A stretch of 64,000 nucleotides of DNA. It comes from Oopsacas minuta (Eukaryota; Animalia; Porifera). Below the pieces are notes generated by a model, which had not been told where the DNA came from, made no database searches, and saw nothing but the letters and a program-made list of their open reading frames with translations. Below are positions 31,316 to 44,382 of this stretch, in pieces (position 1 is the stretch's first letter; each line of letters opens with the position of its first letter). A program made the position numbers and the translations under genes. The stretch is from positions 868,001-932,000 of the forward strand of contig JAKMXF010000321.1 of the NCBI GenBank assembly GCA_024704765.1, in the 5' to 3' direction.

Positions 31316-32206
31316 TTTGTATATGAATTAATACCATTTATTACTTTCTTACAAACATTATATTTATGGCCCTAATGTATCTTATCTCTTCTACATATTC
31401 TTTGTAATTAATATACAAGTACGGATGTGGTTGATCTACTGATTAGAAATGTACACATACATTTCACCATTATTTATTAACAGGGTTTCACACTATAATA
31501 TACTTTGTATATGGTTACAATAGTTCAAATTCATGCAACCTTAACTAGCCTCCATCAATATTCCTTAATGCGATGTAAAAGGAGATAACAAGTCATAATT
31601 CGTTATAATTAATTTTGTCCAAGGATTAACAGATACCAATTCGGAAAATTGTCTTGTGCAAACCTCCCAAATCGGATAAGTCAAGATAACTATCTCAGAG
31701 TGTTAGAGATGTTGATTATATATTCAATCATGTGTGCATGTTCGATGATATCATATTCGACACAGTCACTTGCCAAATTTAAATTCTGTAGCTAAACCAA
31801 TCTACCAATAAATGTATTAAATTATAATGTAAGGTGTAAACAATGAAAAATTACTGTGAAGAATTGGTTAACAGCTGCAGCAGCTTAAGTTATCCATTTA
31901 GGATTCAATAGGTGTTTGCAGTTAGGATATAGGATGATATTTCTTAGTATGCTACATTTCTAAATGCAAGATATCAGGAATGCTGACACCAATAATCAAA
32001 TACCCCATAAATATATCCAACAGTTTATGTAAAATATACAAATAACTTGATATTATATGTTTGAAAAGGTTGGACACATGTGTACATTATCTCTAATAGC
32101 TGAAATATACAGGACATTATAGAAATCTTACAAATTATACTAAAAATGATACAAAAATCTTCTTTCCCTTTCCTTATATTGAAGAATGTTTGAATTATAT
32201 AAACAC

Positions 32207-32452
32207 CTACTTGTTCAATAGCTCAATAACTTTATTTACTTTCTGTTCAAAGCTATCCAGCCTGTGATTTATATGAGACATACCGTCAGTGATGTCCTCA
32301 ACCTTATGGTTGAGGTCACCGACTTTATGGTTTAAGTCGTCCACTTTTTGATTGAACTCTTCGTTTGTTCTAGTAGCCTTTTCAAATTCACTTTCTATCA
32401 TCTTTTTAGCTCTGTTCAAACCTTCATTCGTATCCAATGCTAATTGATCCAT
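32207..32452 (-). CDS. Probable terminal exon of the TRP channel (C-terminal coiled coil)
   Basis: Heptads KVDDLNH-KVGDLNH-KVEDITD, downstream of the TRP exon that ends at a GT donor (33815). The exact splice path is unresolved. Confidence 0.5.
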   Translation of the reverse strand: MDQLALDTNEGLNRAKKMIESEFEKATRTNEEFNQKVDDLNHKVGDLNHKVEDITDGMSHINHRLDSFEQKVNKVIELLNK

Positions 32453-33815
32453 GTTCCTGCTAGGACTATCTAAGAATCATGAAACATAAATGGAAATGCG
32501 ACCAAATATCATTCAGAATTGTCAAAGGATCTAATTTACATACAATATTACTATCGCTACTGGAGTAAGTGTATAATCTGTATTTTTGATTAAGCGCATA
32601 GGTGTTGGCTATTAGCAATTTTTCTAGAAATAACTGAAGTACGTTTGGTATTAGAAATATTTCTTGTAGTATTATTCTCCTTAGTGGTTTCTCCCTCGGA
32701 AGTTTGACATGTATATTGCCTAGCATGTATTGGAAACCCTACCACTTGTAACAGAAGGGGGACATGGCGAGAATATGCTGAATATTGTGTGGATATAGCA
32801 CAGTGGCATAGCTATCTTGGGTGGACTAATGGTGCATATGCAGAGCATTAAGCGTTCCTCATTTTTGGAGCGCGCTCCCACTCCTGAAAAAATGAGCACG
32901 ATCCAATCGTGCTCATTTTCATTTTTTTCTGATATAAATTAGATTTGTGTAATCAGCATTGAATTTATCCATTGTATATTCCTTAAATTGCAAAAGGTGC
33001 AACGACAAACCATCCTTATGTATATTGTTGTGAATAATGAAAAGTGTCCCAGCAACCACTTTTTAGCAATAATACTGAATATATGCCTAATATCGATTAA
33101 ATTTGCAAATTGTTTCAATTAATAGGCGCGCGCTCCTGTGTATCCGCACCTCCAGAAATGGAGGGCTGCTCCACCTTTTGCTCCTGCATCATAAATTGAA
33201 CGCGCCCCAGGTCCCGCTCCTTTAATGTTCTTTCCATATGTGGCGAACTTGTACTACTGGAGCACTAGTACACAGCGTAATTCCTTACACAGCGCAAAAA
33301 TGTAGATCAAAAGGGCCTTTAGCTACCTTGTCTACGCCACTACAGAAAGTAGAAAAATCGCCTTTTTCTAATTGATTGTGATTAAATTTTATCCAAGAAT
33401 GTTTGAAATCATCTTCAGCTATGCAACTAACGTGGTATGCATATTGGCGCCATGGGTTAATTGTGACAGGAAGTTACAAAATATTTTGGACAGCAGTCTA
33501 GTTATCTCCCGTTATCTCTCCATTTATGCATAATAACGCCTTGAAAGGCGCTGAGCAAAATGTGAGGCCAGTTTGATACTAATCATTTAAAGATCTGGCT
33601 CACCAAAACTTAAAAAAACTAGAATAACAATTAAGAGGGAACCAACAAATAGCACCCCGGGGGATATACTTAAGGAAAATAATGTGACACCCTAACAGCA
33701 AGGTTGGCGTATTCTAGCTAGGAAATTTTGGAATATACGATTTCCATAGACTAACTCAACTGCACAAAATTATATTAGAATAATTATCATTCTGGATGAT
33801 AAAATACTTACTCAC

Positions 33816-36800
33816 CATCTTTGAGAGAGTTCCAACGAGAAAGAGGTATAGTTAGTGATTCAATAGCTGTGTATTTTCTGAATCGTCTGCCAAACCAATA
33901 AGCAAGATTAGATTTAAGTTCCAAAGTAACAACCAGGTCAATCTTATAATGATAAGTATTTTCTTTGATAATTTCGCCATAAGTTTCAGATAGTTGTGCA
34001 ATTAAAATATTCAACATGACAACGATTATTGTGAAGGAAAATCCTAAATATACAATAGTAAAAAAGAAATTATCTTGTAAGATGTCCTCTACGTGATTTC
34101 CTGGGCCGCCATCCAACATGAACATCAGTCCAGACAGCAGAGGTCGCCTCAGATCATACAAACAAGTCAGTTCTTGGTTAAACCAAAAGAATTCTGATCG
34201 AGTGTTGTTACACACCTGATAAGGCGGGTTTGAACAAATATTTATATTTTGATTAAGTGTTGGCTGCTGTCTCGCTGCTAGATGAATACCGCCAATATAC
34301 GCAATCAAGATTATAAAAACAAGGATGAAGAACCGAGGAATATCTATCACAAATATCTTGAATACGCCACTCACATATGCACCTAATGCTGGAGATATAC
34401 GAGTATATTTGAAGAGTGAAAGACTAAAAAAGATAAATGTAAGTCCAGCAAATGACCACTGTAAATAGAAACTAGTTGCTCTCAGGAAAATTAAGACAAT
34501 GAAAGAAACAATTCCTAACCAATCGATAAAGTTATAAACACCATCAAAATACTCCGGGAATGCACTGAAAAAATATTTCAGCTTTACATCTAATTTATGG
34601 AAGAGAAAAAGGAAATTTTTCCATTTCAAGAACATTTTAGATAGACAGGTTTTGTCTTTTTCACTTACAGTGTCGTTAAGATATTTTACTATTAATTGAG
34701 TCTCTTCACATTTATTCACGTTGTCTTCATAAACCTGTGTCCATTCTATTAGAAACTCAACTCCTTCATTAAATAAGAAGAACATTATGTATAGCAGACA
34801 TATTATTTCACAAATCCCCCTAACCCAGTCTGCAGGGTTCTGATAAAGCCAAATATTAGAATCACATACGGTAGAAGCTTGAACTAGAGCATAAGCTAGG
34901 CAAATGAGGAAAAAGAGATAGAAAAAGAAGGAAATTATATACCACCAGCGGTAGAAGCGTAACTTCTTGTCTACAATTATACTGACTAGAGGATGGTACT
35001 TCAATTCCTGATCTGGACAATCTTTCAGTTTATGTAAGAAAGATTTTTCCAGAGGTTTGAATTTAGGATCGTTAGGGTATAGTCCACTATCATTTGAATC
35101 GAATAAAATAGTATCTGCTGAAACCTTCCCTATATAATAGAAATATGTTAAAAAATATTTAATATAACTCAGTCTTAAGTTATGCAATAACTTCAATGGT
35201 TTTATGAACTTTTTTCATGCTATGAAATAACTATAACCTATTGGTGCTATCCCCACCACGCTTACTAACAATAATTTAGTGTCAATTCGCCTACTCATTG
35301 TTTAATCTTCTAATTATCAATTGAATCCTAATTCAAAATAAGCCCGTACATGTGTTCCAAGCTCTTCTAACCGGCTTTTTGAGTTCTGGAGTCATATTTA
35401 ATATTTCATGGATTAGCATACAAATGTCTCTCAAGGCGTGGATGTAGAACTGTTACCATTTATAACTATTGTAGGCGTGGTAAGTATAGTTCGTTTGATG
35501 AATCTAATCATTAACTCACCACTACTTTTATTCTCAACTACTGATCTATTTATGACCTCTTTAACTGTATCGTATAGTTTACTTTCATAAATTTTGTGAA
35601 TCTGTTTAGGATCTTTGTGATAATAATCTTTCGGTGCCCAAACAATAAATAACTTCAAAACCGGTTCATTTCTACATTCTAGTGCTAAGTCATATGACGA
35701 TTGACCCTTGTTATTACGAATCATGTATATCTGTTGTTCTCTTGTTACTCCTTTCATCGGAGCTATTCTTCGTAATAGACATTTTGCTGAAGCACAAGAG
35801 TTATATTTTGCAATATGATGAAGTACAGTATTTCCTTCATTATCTCCCTTCACTAGTGTTGTACCATAATTCATAATGATAGGAATGTAGTCAGCATAGT
35901 CTTTATCTGCAGCTAGCATGAGAGGTGTTGTGCCGTCCTTAAGCGGTTCCTCTGGTTTAGCTTTGTAATCAAGTAACATCTTAACGATCTCTTTTCTACC
36001 TTCTCGAACAGCTAGATGCAAGAATGTGTCATCGTCATTTCCAAACACTACATTAGGGTCAGCTCCATAACGTAATAAAACATTAACCACAGAGTTCTGA
36101 CCTTGAAGAGTGCCTTGATAAAGAGGTGTTCTATCTGAGTTATTCCTCTGATTGACATTCATTCCTACTTCCTTAATCAAGTACTCCACAATAGCAGCAT
36201 GCCCACCATATGCTGCAGAATGTAAGGCAGTATTAGCCATGTCTTTGTGTACAAGATTTGCTCCATGCTTAATCAATAGCTTTGCACAATCAAACTGTCC
36301 GAATTCAACTGCATTATTTAATGGAGAAAATCCTGGTATGTTCTTTCCAATGAAATTTGGGTTAGCCTTAGCTCCTAGTAATACCTCTAAAACTCTTATA
36401 TTCCCTTTCTTAGCGGCGAGCTTAAGAGGCGGGAAGCCTTTTCTATTCACCACATTAAGCGGAGTCTTCCTATCAATTAGAGCCTCTGCTAATGCTACAT
36501 TATCTTCCGTTGCTGCTATATGTATAAGTTTCCCAATATCGCTATCAACTTCTGCTTCTAAATCCATATATTTTAATATTATTTCTATCGTAAGCCTATC
36601 ATCTGTCAGCATGACGGGAATCTTCTTAGCTTTATTCTGAAGTAGAAAACACTCTTTGAGTTCCTCTAAACAAAGTGGAATTGATAATATGAAAATTTGT
36701 CTGACTCAGGGAGCATTGTAAATCAAAGTATGCTATTATATCTCTCCACAATTAATGGTAGAATGTGAACAAATTTCGCGGTTAACTTGAAGGGAGCAAA

Positions 36801-37942
36801 GTAAAACGCTACAATAATGTCTTAGTCTTGGCTATTTCTCTCAATTGGCCAGACTGTGACCTAATTCTGGTCCTATTTGACAACTAAATATTCGCTTCCG
36901 CAGCTCTTGTAGAAGATATACGTTTTGATCCTAAGTGTCAAATTTCATCCCTCCAGAACATATGAGATAACTTAACAAATTTAAACTTACTAAGAGCTTT
37001 ACTTTTATCTTCTCTATCATTTATGTAATAGTCAGTGATTATCTTGATATATTCGATAAGTGATTTCCCCGCAGCGAGGTGCAGTAAAGTGTTTTGGTTC
37101 TTATCTACTTCACTTAGTTTTACACCAGCATTTAACAAAGGACGTATAGCATCTTTCTTGCCAAATATGTAGCAAATATGGAGTGCAGTGTTTCCTGTAA
37201 GAAAATTCCATTTATTAAGTTATGTTAATGAAACTGAATCGTGATAGCGATAGGAATTATATTTATTCCCATTAATCCCGCAACATAGGAGCAGTGTTTT
37301 TCCCGAGAAGCGCGTCATTTAACGAGCTTAAGTCGGAGCTCCTTACTAGGATATGACACAATACTTAGGTTGGCATTTGGCAGGTATGGATAAAGTTAAA
37401 ATTATTGAATATACGCATTTAGGTTTGTATAGATTGCAGAAAAGCTTTTGATTAATTTTCAGAATGCCATATCTGTATCTGGTACCGAGAGTCAAATTTA
37501 GTGAGCCCTGGCTCCCCGGGGATTTTTCCCTCTGCAAAATCCCCGGGAAGCCAGGCCCCTGACATATCATAAAGTATTACCTCTTGTTGTCTTTGCATTT
37601 AAGAATTCTATAGTGTGTTCAGATGTTACACCAGAGGTTTCACTATCTGACTTTATCAAAAAGTTTAATAAGATCTCGATATTTTCAATTTTACCTCCTT
37701 TGACTGCTGAATGAAGGATGTTAGATCCTCTATCATTTTTCGAATCATATGGAAATACACTAATCGCTTCATATAACAAATATTTCAAACATTCAGCAGA
37801 TCCTACCCTTGCTGTATAATGTAGTAGGGTCTCTCCATCAGATTTAGAAAATACACTGTCAGTGCTCAGCAGACACTGAACAAGGGCCAATCGGAGTGCA
37901 TCTGGTTCCTTAGCTTTAACGATATCATCAACAATTTTTTCT
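33816..37942 (-). CDS. Ankyrin-repeat TRP cation channel (TRPA/TRPV-like); exons about 37942-37581, 37194-36991, 36665-35520, 35129-33816
   Basis: Many ankyrin repeats (GNTALH, TLLHLAA, TPLYQG, TFLHLAV, TPLMLAA); pre-S1 ELKYHPLVSIIVDKK; six TM segments; S4-S5 LGAYV..IFVIDIPRF; S6 VMLNILIAQLSETY. All internal GT-AG junctions are phase-1 compatible. Confidence 0.88.
37507..37555. repeat. GC-rich stem-loop in TRP intron (20-bp stem, 9-nt loop)
   Basis: CCTGGCTCCCCGGGGATTTT / AAAATCCCCGGGAAGCCAGG, one mismatch. Confidence 0.8.
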
Positions 37943-39103
37943 CTATTAATTAATAAATAAATATGTAATCAAAGATTATATATTAATCTTATGAATTCAG
38001 CTATGCTATAAAAGTAATATAACTACATACGTAGTAGATTTCGGTATTCGCAGACCATGAGGGAAATTTTCATGGATTATATAGTCGAAATCGGCTTTTT
38101 GCCTCCTTGTATGTACTTCTTTCTGCAAAATATCATCGGGTTTGTTGCCTATAGGTTTCTATGATTCTTTACTTTATTAAATAACTGATATTTCATTGTT
38201 GCAAAATATTATTACCAAAGTGTTTCTCAACCTTGCAATTCACAACCTATGGTATACTTGTACAAACAAGTTATTTAGATATAATAACAAAGTGGAAATC
38301 GGATAAGACTTACTTTCCGGGAAACAAAACAAAGTACTACTATCAAGAACTTATCCACCATACGCTTGCTCCAAATTTCATTACGCCTAATCTTGTTATT
38401 TATATTACGTCTAAGGGATCGAGCTAAAATTTTCATAAGCCTGAGCTCAATTCATTTGAAAATCTTAGCAGTTAGGCATATGTAGGGTAATTTAGTCTCA
38501 TTTATCAAAGAGAACTCACATGTCTATATTTAATTCGCTTTTATTAGAGTTTTGTAGAATCTAGAAAGGTAAATAAATCCATGAATACAATCACAGCTCC
38601 TAAGAGCAGATTCTATTTGGTATAGCCTTCTCTATATAAGGCCACCATCAGATGTATCAAGGGTATAGTAGTGTACGGTAAATATTATATGGTATACAGA
38701 ATGGTTTTCATATCGCACAAACAGTACATTTATGTCCGAGTAAATGTATAACAGATATGTAGAAATATCAAGTCTCCAAACCATAAATATCTCCTACGAC
38801 AATGACGCAATCCTGAATATTGGCGGTCCTGCAATCTCTAACTGTCAAATTAGCATAAAAATGGCACACATGTAGATTGTAGATACTACTCTTACAGTAA
38901 CCGGGTCTGTATTTTTCTAAAGTTAAAATTCACTCCTTTAGAATCCTATTTTCTTACCTTTAATGTAAAGGTATAAATATTACAGATATTAGGTAATAAC
39001 TGCTAATCAGTAATCAGGGTTACTCTATAGATAACGGACTCTAACTTGAACTCTTGTCCGTCAGCCGACATTAATGTCGAATTATGATGATAATACATTA
39101 TAC

Positions 39104-39337
39104 CTTTGTTTGCTGTTTCTTCACTTCTATTACCTCTTCTCCTCTTATCGGCTTTACTCTGATCATTTCCTCTCCCGAAGCAGTTCCAAAGGATACATTG
39201 TAAATGACGAGTTTATCAATCATTTTAGATTCTTCATCATTTACGATACATAAGCACATGGCTCCGAAGCCCACAGTGTTCTGAGGTTCCATAACTCCCA
39301 ACTTCAAGCTATCATTGGTGAGGGGTTGGAAAGCCAT
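39104..39337 (-). CDS. Putative first coding exon, possibly of the TRP gene
   Basis: 78 open codons from an ATG preceded by AG, ending at AAG|GTATAA. The link to the TRP gene is unproven because the phase does not directly match the 37942 acceptor. Confidence 0.4.
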
Positions 39338-41036
39338 ACTATTTGATATCTGTTACTACAAGATTGCAACAAAAATTTATTTATATCAATAATCATGAAT
39401 AATAGATAGGGAATATATCAAATCTCTAAAATTACTTTAGAAATCAGGAATACAACTTCAACTCTTGCAAATTGAAAATAATCGGGTATTTCGGTATTGT
39501 TATGTTTTCAATTTTAACAGCCAATAAGCTCTAAAATTAGGTGATATAATGGATAGATAATATTTAACAACAATTTTTCCGTTGACTGTAAACAGCTTAG
39601 TTGTTTACATCCCTGCTGCATACTAATTCTGTTTCCTTAAGGAGTATGTCTTATACGAGTTCCAAAGTAGCTTATAATCAAATTGTTTTGGTTGAAGTAC
39701 TTTGTTACATTCGAAACCAAACCCCTGACAACAATCATGAGCGACTTTGGTATTCAGGCCAATTCTCACATAAATATAATAATACATCCGACTGGTTATT
39801 CCGTAATATCACAAAGTGAAACTTCCTAAGACCAAACAATTTTAGAAAGAAATATTAATGAATTAACATTCATATAATTTGTAGAATACATCAGAGGACT
39901 ATTCCTATACAGTAACGTGATACCACTAAATCATTCTGTAAAATTTGCTGTATAAACATACAAATATCTAATAGAACGTATTATGCAAGTAAAGTAACAA
40001 ACCCGTTGTATATTAAACAAGCAATTATTCTTTTCATGATGCGTAGCGTATCTCCTAGTAGTATAATTAATTCATTGAAATATAGTACGAAAATCTGATT
40101 AGATTGTTTTCTGCCGAGTATAAACAAAAAGGCCTCAATGAGGTATTTTGGTCAGAGTTTCCAATAAAAAGCGATCTATCCCGAATAGACATTATCCTAC
40201 AGTACGCCAATGCAGTGACATACAGCCGAAACCGGTTTTTGCTTACTATTTCTTTGCAGAAGATTTAGTAAGAAAACCCCAAGGAAGATGCATGGAAATA
40301 TCACATTCTTACAATCTGAGCATGAAAATAAAGTAAACCGCTTTCGACTGTACTCGAAATATAGATGAAATGATGTATAATTGTTATTATAGTAATTTAT
40401 TTTTATCTTTTCATATTTTCTGCCTAAAGAAATCTACATATAATGAACTAGATATGAATTCACTGCATATATAGCTGTATAACAAGTCAAGATTGATATG
40501 CGAACCAGTAGAGTACCTATTTGTAATCTTATACAGCTTTACTGTGCGACTGTAAATTGTGCGATTTCAGTATTTTTGTTATACAATTTCAACATACGAA
40601 ATAATTTCCTTTAAATATACCACACATTAAAGCCTGTATTCAATTATTCAAACTCCTAAATGTCTTTAAATATGACGCACTATAAATCTTGTAGATACCA
40701 TATTCATTAAAATTTTCAATTATCTGTCTGTTCGTTTATTTGCTTGTTTATTTGTTCGATTTGTAATTTGAAATAAGGTTTAATTGAACCAGAAAATCAA
40801 TCACCTCAATAGTCCTAAAATGATCATTACATTATTATTTTGCGAATGGTGTAGATTTTAGTTGAAGTGTTTCCTAACCGGCACCCACAATTTACTACAT
40901 ACTGGTTATAGGAACATGCAGGATATAAGAACATTATGTCCAGTTCCCGACGATGTTCTTAAAACCGGCATCTACTGTATATGTATACACACACACCAAG
41001 TCAACCATTTTAGCACTGAGCCACTATATTATATAG

Positions 41037-41307
41037 CAGTGTTCCTCAACCTTTTTCGAACTGAGGCACACTTCTCAAGAGTGAATTCAACTTTAGTATA
41101 ACCGCGGTGTCATAAATTACTAGAATTATATCATATAATTAAAATATTGGCATTAAAGGATTAGATCTTGTTGACTTTTAGCATTTTCAAGTTAAGAGGG
41201 CCAGAAACTAAGCACATGAAATCATATCAAACAATTTGTTATATATCAGTGTAATGTTGGTGGCATACTTAACAACGTTCTGAGGCACACCAGGTTGAGA
41301 ACCACTG
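41037..41307. mobile_element. hAT (Charlie/Buster-like) MITE
   Basis: TIRs CAGTGTTCCTCAACCT / AGGTTGAGAACCACTG (14/16); 8-bp TSD TTATATAG / CTATATAG (7/8). Confidence 0.85.
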
Positions 41308-41550
41308 CTATATAGTAGTATAGTCAGTACAGTAAAAACACTCGTAAGCCACCGCAAATTTGGCCATCACAAGACCTGTGTATTTAACGTACTTTATATT
41401 AATGAACAACCAATCTTAATTTGTTGGCGTACTCTCAAATGGAAGGACTCCCTAAAACATTCAAGTATTAAACGTGTGTTCAATTTGGAAGGGCCACCCA
41501 TATTATAACAATGAGTTACTAATTTCAATTTTTGAGCGCACCCTCAAATA

Positions 41551-41912
41551 CAGTCAAATTGTCTATAACGGCCACCGAAGGTACTAGCCAAAAGTGGCCG
41601 TTATAGAGAGGTTTACCGTTATACACTAGTGTGGTAGTAACTTTATGTTAATGGAGGTAATATAGAGAACTTGGACCGATATAAAAGACCAGTGACCGAT
41701 ATAAAAGATAATATGGTGGAAGTAGTTAATGATGGCCTCCTAAGGCACTTGTCAAAGGTTGACCTTATAGGAGGCGACAACTATATAAAGTAGCTGTTAG
41801 ATAAAGGAAGTGGCCGTCATAGAGATGTCATTATGATGGGAAATCGGCTGGGACTGTTTTAAGGTGGCCGCTATGTACGGGTGATCGTTATACAGATGTA
41901 GGCGTTTGACTG
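41551..41912. mobile_element. Pogo/Tc1-like MITE relic
   Basis: TA|CAGTCAAA ... TTTGACTG termini with internal GTGGCCGTTATA-type subterminal repeats. Confidence 0.55.
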
Positions 41913-43095
41913 AGTGATAAATGTTAGGATTGAGGGGGGGGGCTGTAACGCTTTAAATGGTTCGGTGTGGACAAATCATGGCCTGTAAGGTTTAAATGGT
42001 CAGGTTGCCATAATTGGTGCGCAGTGGCGGATCCAGAGGGGTAGGGGATATATTCTAAGATAAATTGACATGATATGGAATTACGGTGGGTCTATACAAG
42101 TATTAAGAGCAAGACAACAAGTGACTAGTATTTGGATTTTGGGGGCCCTAAAATGAACCCCTCGAGGTGTCTAAATAGAGCTCAGAATTATATCCTAAGA
42201 AGATTCAATTGAGTTTAAACATTCGGAAAAACTCCATTATTCAGAGAAATATATCAGTTTCAAGGCCATTGCAAGCAGAGTTCAATTGGTCAGGTTGACC
42301 TTCACAAAATATGGATACCCCGACCTATTGACTAACATACTATTCCTATTAGCAGTCCAAATTTGGACCGGTTGAAACTGATCAACCGTACCATCCCTAC
42401 ACATTGATCCCAACCATTTGCAATCCAAAATGATGGTCATCGTTCCTTAAAGACGATATATTGTAAAGATAGTGATTAAAGAACAATAATTTGATATAAC
42501 TTTATATCGATAACATTATACTGATTTGATTGTTAGCACAATATTTATGAAATATTCGAAATATACTAAATTACTAACTTTTTTTGTTGTTGAAGATGCT
42601 GGTCAAAGCAGCATTTGACTGGTCACTTGAGGTGTATGCATGTAATATAAGTAATATATGACAAAACTAAGAAATTCGGATTCAAAATGCTCTATTACCT
42701 CAATATACGTAGCTGACGAGAAAATCTGGTAAACTTTGATGAAACCTACAGGAGTTGTCGTGGGTGACGGATTTTCAATTTCCATTCCCACAAGAAGTAT
42801 GTAGGAATTCCCATATAGGAGACCCATAGGAAAACGATTCCCATTCTCGCCTGAAAATTTATAGGAAATCCTGTGGAATTAAATGGGGTGGGAATGGGAA
42901 TTGAATTTCACTCCCGGCAGATGGTTATATGGAAAATATACCAAATGATAGAGTTTGGTGAACTCGGATCAAAGTGTTACTAGAATTGCAATGCTCTTAA
43001 AATATTCTTATTTTAATATTTTGTAAAAATCAGCTAGCGAATAGTGATATACGTGCATGAAAATTTTATGTACGTTTCTAATTTGGAAGAAGATA

Positions 43096-43348
43096 CAGTC
43101 CCGGCAAAAAGTCTGGAATATTTCATTATTTTTCAATTTTATTGAATTTACGCAGGAATGGCCTGATAATATTATTTACTAATTACTTCCTATTATTATT
43201 GATGACAATATTAGCCTACCTTAATATAGTAATTCATTCCACTATCGGTTGAGAAAAACGTTCTCAAATAATAATGTTGTAACCTTTTGTTCCAATACTA
43301 GAATATTCGCATTTTATCAACAATATTCCAGACTTTTTGCCGGGACTG
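43096..43348. mobile_element. Tc1/mariner MITE
   Basis: Perfect 27-bp TIR CAGTCCCGGCAAAAAGTCTGGAATATT and TA TSDs at 43094-43095 and 43349-43350. Confidence 0.92.
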
Positions 43349-43579
43349 TATATCATATAAAACTTTTAAATGGTAAAATATACAGAAGAGATTGATAATT
43401 TTCTATTTGCAATCCTATTTACTAATCTCTTTTTGTAATTTAAAGTTGTGAATTAACCAAGGTTGCATTAACAGAATATTACCAATATTCGGTTGGGCAA
43501 ACCAATTAATATCAGTATGTTGGGTTACTATTCATGAATACAGATATTCGTTTCGATCGGGTTCAACCTTGGAATTAAC

Positions 43580-43700
43580 CAATCATATAACTAACCAGAA
43601 TACATACATAATACACTATATCGTAAACAGAATGTAAATTAATTAATTCATCAAGAATAGGGTCTGGACTTCGTTAGAAGAGTCAATCATATTTGGTAAA
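43580..43700 (-). pseudogene. 5' relic of a 7TM family gene
   Basis: ATG ATT GAC TCT TCT AAC at 43690 (MIDSSN), then a degenerate match to DPRPDEFTYLNSVNDKVYYV..CVFWLVY of the 30155/56733 copies; the rest is missing. Confidence 0.7.
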
Positions 43701-44382
43701 AATATTGTTAATATTGTTTAATAATTACCGAGTATTTATACTATAAATGAAGCATGGATAATATTTCATGAGATTTTATATTGAAACAATTGCTTTAGCG
43801 GCATAACATCATATTTAATTACTAATTTTGTTGACTATTGCATCATTGGAATCAGCGTACGCCATTACCCAAGTATAATCATTGGCTATTTACTAAGTAT
43901 ATGTTTAATATATTTTCATAAATACAGTCAACAGGTATCTCGAATGCCGGTTAACTCGAACGAATTTAATTAAAATATAGATCATTACTATATAGAACTT
44001 ATCAAAGGATAGTAAATTTCCTGGGGAATGGCTACCCTAAAGCAGAGTTTCTCAAATTCACAAGGAATAAGGCCATGTCGAGTAGGTCATAACCACATCC
44101 AAGTCGAATTGGTTCAGGTTTTGCCATACTTGTTTAGAAACCCTGCTCTAAAGCCAAATCTGATTAATACAGTCATTTTCATGGATGTACTCCTATCTGA
44201 TATTTCAAGTGCATCCCTGGCTGTTACAATCGTAAGACATAATTGCTTACTTGAGCACTACACATTGTCTTTCTAGTGAAAATGGTCAAACAAATTAAGT
44301 AAATTAATCAATAATATAATAAGCATAAAATAACAATCTATGAATGAGATTCATTAGAAAGAAATTAGTATTATTATTATTA

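Noticed and set aside
32466-32726. 86-aa ORF as a TRP exon or independent gene
   Set aside because: Phase-compatible with the 33816 donor but does not splice cleanly into the coiled-coil frame; competing frames are equally plausible, so it was left uncalled.
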